DNA from: Candidatus Methanomethylophilaceae archaeon
Lineage (GTDB): Archaea; Thermoplasmatota; Thermoplasmata; Methanomassiliicoccales; Methanomethylophilaceae
DNA length: 64,000 bases
Assembly: GCA_944320495.1 (NCBI GenBank)
Contig: CALUHR010000005.1
Span: 248,581 to 312,580 of the forward strand
Direction of reading: 5' to 3'
The notes beneath the pieces are model-generated. The model saw only the letters and a list, made by a program, of their open reading frames with translations, did not search any database and was not told the DNA's origin. Position numbers and translations under genes: made by a program. Positions 18,989 to 26,675 of this stretch are shown in pieces. Position 1 is the stretch's first letter. Every line of letters starts with the position of its first letter.

Positions 18989-19886
18989 AAGGTCGTATCA
19001 TCAACCAGGACAGCCCAGATACCCCGTCAGGAGGTCCCCAGAAGAATTCAAAGAGATGGGTTCCAAAGTCTCCAAGATTGGCAGAATCGAAAAAAGAAGA
19101 TCGATCTGGGCCATAGACGATTCAGGAACTGCTGATTTTACCGAAGGTGCGAGTGAATACCTGACGTTGACGGCAGTGACGATGCTGAACGAATCGGATT
19201 TCAGGAAGATGTTCTCTAACATCACACTGTATGATGGGGAGATAAAATTCAATCTCCTGAGATTGGAACATCCCGACGAATGTCTCACTGCCATGAAGCG
19301 CATCGGCAGCAGTACGGCCTTCATCGCTTGCTACCCTCGCTTCAAGGATTTTTCCAATCCCCAGGATCGTCGTCTGTTCTTCTTGGAATCCCTACAGAAA
19401 CTCATCGATTCTATCATGCGGATCGATCGTTCGAGTCTTGTCCTGATAGGTGTGGATGAGAACAACTACCTGTTGTCCTCTGACTACTACGAACTATGCA
19501 GTCCCAGATGCCTGGTATTCCCTATCGACTCGAAGGATTCTCTCCTTTTGCAGACAGCGGACATGGCCACGAGTAGCTTGGGCCATGCCCTGCTTCCCGC
19601 GAATAGGGGGACATCCGCATATTTCGATGAAATCAGAGACAGAACGATGAATGTACACGGGAAGCCCGGCGTAAGCACACAGCAAACACCAAGGGGCTTC
19701 AACCGTGACGATATAGAATCGACCACAGAAGTTAAAAAGGTTGGTGGGTCCAAATCATCCAAATCCCGTTCTACGAAGGTTGTTCGTGGAAAGGATGGAA
19801 GATTCGTATCCTCTAACCCCTCCAAGCAGAAATCAACCCAGAAAAATGAGTCGAAGGCATCCAAGCCCAAGGGGGTCCGCAGATGA
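18945..19886 (+). CDS. Array unit 19: DUF3800-like protein fused to the basic tail
   Basis: IWAIDDSG and DSKDSLLLQTAD motifs; lower GC than neighbours; ends SKASKPKGVRR. Confidence 0.6.
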   Translation: MSKRERGGVGKRPGRRSYHQPGQPRYPVRRSPEEFKEMGSKVSKIGRIEKRRSIWAIDDSGTADFTEGASEYLTLTAVTMLNESDFRKMFSNITLYDGEIKFNLLRLEHPDECLTAMKRIGSSTAFIACYPRFKDFSNPQDRRLFFLESLQKLIDSIMRIDRSSLVLIGVDENNYLLSSDYYELCSPRCLVFPIDSKDSLLLQTADMATSSLGHALLPANRGTSAYFDEIRDRTMNVHGKPGVSTQQTPRGFNRDDIESTTEVKKVGGSKSSKSRSTKVVRGKDGRFVSSNPSKQKSTQKNESKASKPKGVRR

Positions 19887-20283
19887 CCCTTATATCCCCA
19901 GCCACTGATGTTGGCGATGCGGTCGCGGAAACACCTCGCAGTAGGGAACGTGGCGGCTCCCACGCGACTGCACCTCTTGTTTCAGATTGTGAAGATAGAA
20001 ACGGACGCCCGCTCCCGGTTGTGGGCACAGTTCTCCCACAGTGTCGGGTGCGTCGTCCCCAGTGGTCCCAAGGTGTCACCCCCAGGTTGCCGCCTGCAAG
20101 GATCGATGCGGCTGAAGGTATTTCAACCCATTCCCGCACCATCAACCGTACGTCCGTCCTCCGTGGACTGGCGCTGAACATTCTCTCGCACATCGCGGGG
20201 ACCTCTGGGTCCCCCACAAACCCCAACAAGGATGGGAATCCGATGAAAATGTACAGCGCAATCAGTGGAACGGGGGTCTCCGC

Positions 20284-20946
20284 ATGACCCTCTGGAACGT
20301 CTATCTGCCCCACGGCAACTTCGCCGAGAGGATGGCCGTCGAGGCCCCGAACGAGAGGGAGGCATTGGAGGCCGTCGCGGAGAAGCTCCGCGGGACCGTC
20401 TTCGTCATCGACTATGACGAGTGGGACGCCAGATTCCAGGACTACATCGCGGACGGGTACTCCGCCGACGAGGCGGAGAACATACTGGACGAGATGTACC
20501 TGCCGGTGGACGGCGGGTACTACCTGGACATCACGGGCGTCACCATCGAGGAGGCCCGCGACACCGGCTCCGACGGCAGGGTCGACGCCGTCAAGCTGGC
20601 CTACGATCTCGCCGACTTCGGCGAGGAGACGGACCACTACGAGTTCTGGGACAACTACAACACCATGGAGGACGCCGTCACCCAGCTCACCCAGTCCCTG
20701 GGAACCCTCGCGGGCTCCAGGGCGATCCGCGACGACATCGCGGAGAGGATGGCCGAAGGATTCGCCACCTATGGCGAGGACGAGAAGGCCAGGGGCCTCA
20801 TATCCAGGCTCGACAGGCACATCAGATCCTTCGGCAGCGGTTCCGGGAGGCCGAAGGCCGGGAGGCCCGTCTCCAAGGCGTCCAAACCGAAGGCCAAGGC
20901 ACCCGCCAGATCCTCCAAGCCGAAAGCCAAGGGAGGACGCAGATGA
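20284..20946 (+). CDS. Array unit 20: acidic two-part domain + tail
   Basis: ORF; KLAYDLADF...DHYEFWD segment; ends KPKAKGGRR. Confidence 0.8.
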   Translation: MTLWNVYLPHGNFAERMAVEAPNEREALEAVAEKLRGTVFVIDYDEWDARFQDYIADGYSADEAENILDEMYLPVDGGYYLDITGVTIEEARDTGSDGRVDAVKLAYDLADFGEETDHYEFWDNYNTMEDAVTQLTQSLGTLAGSRAIRDDIAERMAEGFATYGEDEKARGLISRLDRHIRSFGSGSGRPKAGRPVSKASKPKAKAPARSSKPKAKGGRR

Positions 20947-21374
20947 ACTCGTACATCGACGCGGGGCAGATCGCCGAACACCTGAGGTACGAGCGCGACA
21001 GGGGGAGGCTCGAAGCCTTCCTCGATAGATCCGTGGATCTCGACGGCATCCTCATCAAGACGAGGGAGACGTCGAGGGGTGGCAGGGTCGTGTCCGAGCG
21101 CGTCATCGAGATGACGCTGCCGATCCGCTGGGCCGATCTCGGGGCCACCTTCGTCCTCAGGCCCCTCGCGCCCAACCACGTCGCCATGTACCCCGAGTCG
21201 GACCCCGAAGACCCTGTGTATTCGACGGTGGCGAATGACGTCTGGAGATGGCTCCTGGACAGATACCGCGAATCCGCCGCCGGACACGGCGTGGACATCG
21301 ATGCCTACGGGACCGTCATCACGGCTTCCCTGAGGCCGGCATCCAAACCCAAGTTCAAGGGGGCGAGGAGATGA
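20943..21374 (+). CDS. Array unit 21: domain + short tail
   Basis: ATGA start; ends ASKPKFKGARR. Confidence 0.75.
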   Translation: MNSYIDAGQIAEHLRYERDRGRLEAFLDRSVDLDGILIKTRETSRGGRVVSERVIEMTLPIRWADLGATFVLRPLAPNHVAMYPESDPEDPVYSTVANDVWRWLLDRYRESAAGHGVDIDAYGTVITASLRPASKPKFKGARR

Positions 21375-21706
21375 GCGCGCGCATCAACGACCCGCTCGGG
21401 TTCGCCAACGGCGTGATGCCCAGGAACCCTCCCCAGGCTTACCGTGCGGTGATCATGCGTCCCGACGGCAGCGTCAGCATCACCCATGAGTTCCCCCGCG
21501 GATTCCTCGAGCAGGTAGTCATCCCGGACGCCCTTGCCCAGGTTCCGGGCGGAAGGCTCTTGGAGATAATCCGCGACGAGGATAAGGAGGCCTGGATAAG
21601 GGCGCACACCAAGCCCAGGTCCGCGTCCAAGGCGTCCAGGCCGAAGGCCAAACCTCCGGCGAAGAAACCCGCGTCCAAACCCCGTTCCAAGGGGGCGGTA
21701 CGCTGA
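21371..21706 (+). CDS. Array unit 22: domain + tail
   Basis: ATGA start; ends KPRSKGAVR. Confidence 0.75.
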   Translation: MSARINDPLGFANGVMPRNPPQAYRAVIMRPDGSVSITHEFPRGFLEQVVIPDALAQVPGGRLLEIIRDEDKEAWIRAHTKPRSASKASRPKAKPPAKKPASKPRSKGAVR

Positions 21707-21747
21707 ACACCAAGCCGGAGAGGAAGGTCTGGACATCCCCCGACGGG

Positions 21748-22284
21748 GTGTGGACCGTCACCGCGACGTCCGACGACCCGGCCGACCCCTCCGGCCCCCT
21801 CGGGGCCAGGGTGGTGGTGGAGAACCCCGCCTCCGCCTGGACCCGCTACCGGGAGGTGTCGGAGTTCAGGCCCCGCGGCGCGAGGGACGAGTGGGTCGGC
21901 GTCCCCGCCTACGTCAGCGAGAGGGCGGAGGAGATGCTCGAGGACGAGCGCGACGACCTGGAGAACAGGATTCGCTGGATCCTGAACAGGCACGACGGGC
22001 GCGGGAAGATCCTCTACGACAGGATCAAGGGTTCCGCCGTCGGCCCCTGCCCCAGGTGCGGCTCCCGCTCGGTGACCGTCGATTCCTGCGTGAAGAGGGG
22101 GAAGGGCAACTCGCTGGTGGACGGCCCCTATTCCATAGCGTGCTGCGACTGCTGGCTCCGCACCTCGTACCACGTCGACAGGTCGCTGATGCTGGCTGAG
22201 TGGAACGAGGGGCATCCGTGGCTCGAGTACAGGCCGGGCAGGCCGGTGCCGATCCGCGGGGACTATGAGAGGTGCGGGGCATGA
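21748..22284 (+). CDS. Zn-finger protein with Lar (restriction alleviation)-like C-terminal domain
   Basis: GPCPRCGS...IACCDCW...MLAEWNEG resembles Lar PCPFCG...CxxC...AIxxWNxR. Confidence 0.55.
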   Translation: MWTVTATSDDPADPSGPLGARVVVENPASAWTRYREVSEFRPRGARDEWVGVPAYVSERAEEMLEDERDDLENRIRWILNRHDGRGKILYDRIKGSAVGPCPRCGSRSVTVDSCVKRGKGNSLVDGPYSIACCDCWLRTSYHVDRSLMLAEWNEGHPWLEYRPGRPVPIRGDYERCGA

Positions 22285-22819
22285 AACCGATCCGCGTCCG
22301 CACGGGATCGGATGATAAGGATGGGCAGAGAGGTGACTTCACATCACATCACGACGTGGCCTCTTTGCCCGGTGTGCGGGTCGCTCATGCCCTACGGCAG
22401 GAGACGGGACGGCCGCAACACGGATACAACGTCCGCGCCGTAGTTGATACTTCCGCCGGAACGGACATCGTCGGAGAGAAAGGCGGGAATGGCGAGACTT
22501 GCACGCAGCAGAATCGCTACTTCATCCCCGTATCTCCGATTCATCCGCTGGCTAAGAATCTTTCTGGAAGAATGGAGGCGGATAACATAATATCCTCCAC
22601 AAGAGGTATGCCGTACTGCAATTCGGCGGAAAATATATCGCTACCAGGGGAAGCGGCGAGACCCCCCGCTGGATTGCGTTCTGTTGTGTTCTCCAAAATC
22701 CAAATTCAGGAGATCGAAGTACAGGGATGCGCCGAAATCGACCTCGCAGAAGTCGGGATACGCATCCCCGCACCCTCCATCCCCTCCCCGACCAAGAACC
22801 TTTGCACGGAGGTGTCCGC

Positions 22820-23788
22820 ATGACCGCCGATCCGCCGGCGACCATCGACATCCCCGGCCACAGGGTCCCCTTCGAGGGCGGAATCTATCTCACCCTCTGG
22901 CCGGCGGAGTTCGTCTCCGCCGAGAAGGGACACTACCACTACGTCGTGGGTGCCAAGGATCCCCGCGCCTCGGGGTATGCCACGCTGCACTTCGAGCTGA
23001 CGCCCCGCCAGCTCTCCGCGGCCGCCGAGGGACGGAACGTCTGGCCCCGCGCCTACTTCCAAGCGTTCCCCGAATCCGATCGCCCCAGGCCTCTCCGCGG
23101 AGACACCGTCCAGTACGAGCGGAGGAAATCCTCCAAACCCGCGAAGAAGCCGAGGAAGGGCGTCTCCGAGAGGCAGAGGAAACGCGAAAGCTTCCAGAGG
23201 ATCGCTCTCGCCCCCCGCAAGTCCGAGATAACCGTCGTGGAGGAGGGCAGGGCCAAGGGCATCCCGATGACGGAGAGCGGATTCGTCCCCGCATCCGCCC
23301 TCCAGGAGAGGAACTCCAAGCGCTCCGCCCGCTCCCGCGCCATGGACTCCAGACGCCGTTCCAAGAAGGTCATCCGCCTGCCGGCCACGCCCCTCCAGGT
23401 CGCCTCCTGGTGGCATCACCCCGAGAGGTCCGACATCGAGGGGATAGACACACCGGCGGGGAGCGACGCGGGCGACTACATCCGCGAGCCCGTGGACATG
23501 GCCGCCATCGACAGGAACCGCGTGTCCAACATCGACGCCGAGGGCAACCGCCGTCTGTTCATCGACTACCGCAACGACGAGTTCCCCTGGCTGACGGACC
23601 CCGAGAGGGCGTTCGCCATGGCAAGGGAGGCCAGGAAGAGTTCCGGGTGGGCGGAGCAGAAGTACCGCGAGGCCTGGGACCAGTTCTACAGGAGGAACGG
23701 GATGGAGATGGATCCCGACGACTACTCGGTGTCCGACAGCAGGAGGCCGAAGAGACATGCCAGGCGGAGGCTGGGCAGAAAACACTGA
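22820..23788 (+). CDS. Hypothetical protein with GxVP...WWxHPERSDIEGID domain
   Basis: GGAGGTG before ATG 22820; paralogous to 25097..25612. Confidence 0.75.
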   Translation: MTADPPATIDIPGHRVPFEGGIYLTLWPAEFVSAEKGHYHYVVGAKDPRASGYATLHFELTPRQLSAAAEGRNVWPRAYFQAFPESDRPRPLRGDTVQYERRKSSKPAKKPRKGVSERQRKRESFQRIALAPRKSEITVVEEGRAKGIPMTESGFVPASALQERNSKRSARSRAMDSRRRSKKVIRLPATPLQVASWWHHPERSDIEGIDTPAGSDAGDYIREPVDMAAIDRNRVSNIDAEGNRRLFIDYRNDEFPWLTDPERAFAMAREARKSSGWAEQKYREAWDQFYRRNGMEMDPDDYSVSDSRRPKRHARRRLGRKH

Positions 23789-23844
23789 ATGGGAGTGGAC
23801 GGCGAAGGAGACCGTCCGCCCCCCGTTTTTCAGAAGATGATTCT

Positions 23845-24774
23845 ATGTTTGGAAGGAAATGTAACTCCAGGTATTCAAGGTCGGCGTCCCGCAGGGTCGC
23901 CGGACGTCATGTCGTCAGCAGATCCCCGAGGAACCAGGTGCCGTCTCTGCCGAGGGGTTCGGCTCTCTACAGGGGCGAACAGGCGACGGACAAGGAACTC
24001 GCCAATCGTGATGAGGGACGTCCGCTCATCCTACTCGATGATGCGATGTCCAAGGCGACCGGCGAGAAGTTCCTCATCGCGGCATGGATTCCGACCGAGG
24101 GGAGAAAGGATTTCAGGATGATCTCCGAGAGACATCCCCGCACCACAAAGGATGGGCATGAGGCCAAATATCGTAACACGGGTGCAAAAGAGAGGGAGAA
24201 TCTCTTCGTCGATCTGAACAAGGCCGTATTCGAGATTTCCGATACGTACGACTATCGGAACCCCTCTGATTTTGAGAAGAAGATGCCCTTCGCACACAGG
24301 AAGAACCTCGACCGCCGTGCTTTGGGATACATCTACCAGACCGATTTGATCATCCGCGAGATTCTGTCCCGTCATCCAGGCAGAATCGACATCGCCATGG
24401 ACAATCCTCCGTACGACATCTGGGATGAACTGATGCAGCTATGCGGGGCACTGATCGCCGAGGGCTATCAGATCACATGGTACATCGTCACACCCAGCGG
24501 AATCATGCAGGAGCTTTGGATCCACGACTATATGGCGGGATTGGATCGCGACATTCTGGAAGATGAGATCGAGGACAATCCGCAGATGCACGCACAAGAC
24601 AAGAACGGCAACCAGAAGCCGATGACGGATGCCCTTCGCAATTCGATTGACGGGATAGCCAAGAGAAGGGTGACGAATCCCGATTATAAGGGGGTTGAAC
24701 GCAAACAGACACCGAAGACGGAAGATGACAAGCGTCCGAAGAACGCGAACAAAGGAAAGAAGGCGAAAAAATGA
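23845..24774 (+). CDS. Divergent DUF3800-like protein with basic N- and C-termini
   Basis: LILLDDAMS near N-terminus, ELWIHDYMAG near C-terminus; lower GC; start re-placed inside ORF 22684..24774. Confidence 0.45.
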   Translation: MFGRKCNSRYSRSASRRVAGRHVVSRSPRNQVPSLPRGSALYRGEQATDKELANRDEGRPLILLDDAMSKATGEKFLIAAWIPTEGRKDFRMISERHPRTTKDGHEAKYRNTGAKERENLFVDLNKAVFEISDTYDYRNPSDFEKKMPFAHRKNLDRRALGYIYQTDLIIREILSRHPGRIDIAMDNPPYDIWDELMQLCGALIAEGYQITWYIVTPSGIMQELWIHDYMAGLDRDILEDEIEDNPQMHAQDKNGNQKPMTDALRNSIDGIAKRRVTNPDYKGVERKQTPKTEDDKRPKNANKGKKAKK

Positions 24775-25096
24775 GGATTCCCGTGGTATGTAAGCTGCAC
24801 GGTCACCCGTACCACGGTATTTGTCAGAAAGTCCCCGCCTATTTTTGTATGCCTCCGCGTGCTCTAGGTCATCAGCATACCGGCCCTATCAGACCCTATG
24901 GTAGTCCTGACGTAATAGACAGCAGATCGGTGCAATATAAGGTCTCTGTTACGAAAATCGAAGCGGATGATATCATGGGAAGGAGATGCAAAACGAATGG
25001 GAACGCCCGGTTGCCGATCTCGGCAGTCAGATACCAAGCAGGGGCGTTCGGGCAAGGACACATGAGGGCCGAAGTCCTTGAAACCTTCGCCAGGAG

Positions 25097-25612
25097 GTGC
25101 GGATGTACCGCATCGTGAAGCGCAGGGACGGCACCACCGTCCGCATACCCGTCGGAGAGGACGGCTACGTCCCCTTCGACGCCTACGTCGAAAGGAACAA
25201 CAAGCGCTCCAGGCGTGCAAGGACGATGGACTCCAAGAGGGTGTCCAGAAGGCTCCTGAACCCTCTGATGACGCCCGAGGACGCCGCCGACTGGTGGGTA
25301 CACCCCGAGAGGTCCGACATCAAGGGCGTGGACGCACCGGCGAGAAAGAAGGAAGTCATCGCTCCGAAGAAGAGGAACCCTAAGGCATTCTTCGGGGAGA
25401 ACAGGCGCAGATCGAGCGTCGCCAACCTGCCCTGGCTGTCCGATCCGCAGGAGGCCCAGGCGAAGGCGAGGGAGATGGGCGTCAGCGAGGACATGATCCG
25501 CGCGTACCAGCAGGCGGCCTGGGACGATCTGGACGTCCAGCTCGGCGTCCCGCGCCACACCGAGATGTTCGACTCGAACTCGAAGCGTCCGAGGAACAGG
25601 AGACGCGGATGA
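25097..25612 (+). CDS. Hypothetical protein, paralog of 22820..23788
   Basis: IPVGEDGYVP, WWVHPERSDIKGVD, PWLSDP; AGGAGGTG RBS. Confidence 0.8.
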   Translation: MRMYRIVKRRDGTTVRIPVGEDGYVPFDAYVERNNKRSRRARTMDSKRVSRRLLNPLMTPEDAADWWVHPERSDIKGVDAPARKKEVIAPKKRNPKAFFGENRRRSSVANLPWLSDPQEAQAKAREMGVSEDMIRAYQQAAWDDLDVQLGVPRHTEMFDSNSKRPRNRRRG

Positions 25613-25721
25613 AAACACGGTGGGGCACCGCCCCGCCTTTTCCTTGATTCTGACACAGCCAGACATCCCATCGCGTAGGTGAGACCGACCGATAAATACG
25701 GAACCCGTCCAATTACCGACG

Positions 25722-26057
25722 ATGAAGGGCAGATTCAGTCTTCGGAGACGTCGTATCTACACGATCGGAGAGATTGCGGAGATAATCGCTCCCATCGCCA
25801 GGAGATACGGGGCAAGAGAGGTTTGGCTCTTCGGTTCCTACGCTCGCGGCGAAGCCGACGCGGACAGCGACGTGGACATCGCCGTGATGCCCGGGGAAGG
25901 TTGGGGCATACGCATCGGCACGTTCTGGCGCGAGATCAGCGATGCCCTGGACAAGGATGTGGACCTGACTACGTTTGACGACGAGGCGTTCATCGATTTC
26001 GTCAAGAAGGACATGGTGCGGATTTACGTCTCGGAATCCAAGCGGATGATGCCGTGA
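25722..26057 (+). CDS. Minimal nucleotidyltransferase (MNT)
   Basis: LFGSYARGEADADSDVDIAV (GS...DxD). Confidence 0.9.
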   Translation: MKGRFSLRRRRIYTIGEIAEIIAPIARRYGAREVWLFGSYARGEADADSDVDIAVMPGEGWGIRIGTFWREISDALDKDVDLTTFDDEAFIDFVKKDMVRIYVSESKRMMP

Positions 26058-26203
26058 AGGGAGCAATTATGAAGGAAACACCCGGGTGCAAATCTTAGCC
26101 AAGGACCAAGTAGATGCGTTCGGGCAAAGACACATGGGATGTGTCATCCTTGAAACCTTCGCCGTGATGCACCCAGACACAAAGCGACAAGGGGTTGCCC
26201 CCC

Positions 26204-26416
26204 GTCGGAAACCCCGCGACTGCGGGGAACACCGCATCATCTCCAAGAGTTGGATGAATGTCTTGGAATCACCCCCGCTTACGCGGGAAACACGGCCTGA
26301 TGCTGATGGTCGCGTTCGCCCAGTTCGGATCACCCCCGCTTACGCGGGGAACACTCAATCCCGGTACATCCCATAGAATGTACTCTACGGATCACCCCCG
26401 CCGGAGCGGGGAAGGC
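26204..26416 (-). CRISPR. Type I-E-like mini-array: four 29-nt repeats, three spacers (32, 32, 33 nt), no adjacent cas genes
   Basis: Repeats at 26204-26232, 26265-26293, 26326-26354, 26388-26416; minus-strand consensus GTGTTCCCCGCGTAAGCGGGGGTGATCCG. Confidence 0.9.
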
Positions 26417-26675
26417 ATCCCGGCCCGGGGAGTCGCGTTCCAATCCCCGGGCCGGGCCTCCGTCGCCACGTGCAGGGACGACGGCGGACCGCAATTGGAG
26501 GTTTAAGGTCCATCACGGTCAAGGACGAGCATATAGAAACGGTCTTCCCTGGAATCCGCCGCGACCTTGACCGTCCGACAACCGTCGGAACGGTTCATAA
26601 ACGGTTCCCATCCCATCGCCCCCGTGTCCGTGACCACCGAATCAACCCCCGAGACGGACCCCTCACGGGGATCCC

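Larger units (their letters stand above)
8042..21706 (+). repeat. Array of 22 coupled ORFs sharing a repeated basic-tail/RBS/ATGA junction sequence
   Basis: TCCAAGCCCAAGTCCAAGGGGGTGAGGAGATGA identical at 11386-11418 and 15993-16025; 32 nt identical at 15611-15642; 1 mismatch near 10602-10634 and 14756-14788; looser variants at the other junctions. Confidence 0.9.
25044..26163 (+). repeat. 48-bp imperfect direct repeat (25044-25091 and 26116-26163)
   Basis: GCGTTCGGGCAA-GACACATG...TCCTTGAAACCTTCGCC in both; last 17 nt identical. Confidence 0.8.

Noticed and set aside
8042-21706. Classical integron cassette array or CRISPR array
   Set aside because: No attC-type palindromes with RYYYAAC/GTTRRRY ends; the repeats are coding, variable in length and separated by whole genes; the integrase is 7 kb away and tied to a tRNA att site
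22684-24774. Single 696-aa ORF
   Set aside because: The 5' half overlaps the real gene 22820..23788 in another frame; protein-like sequence starts at ~23845
2611-25663. 13-mer TGACACAGCCAGA at 2611 and 25651
   Set aside because: Matches of this length are expected by chance in 64 kb; no shared context
26073-26115. Pyrrolysine read-through of the TAG after the MNT gene to give a HEPN toxin
   Set aside because: The sequence after the TAG runs into the 48-bp repeat and CRISPR with no HEPN Rx4-6H context; no support for recoding
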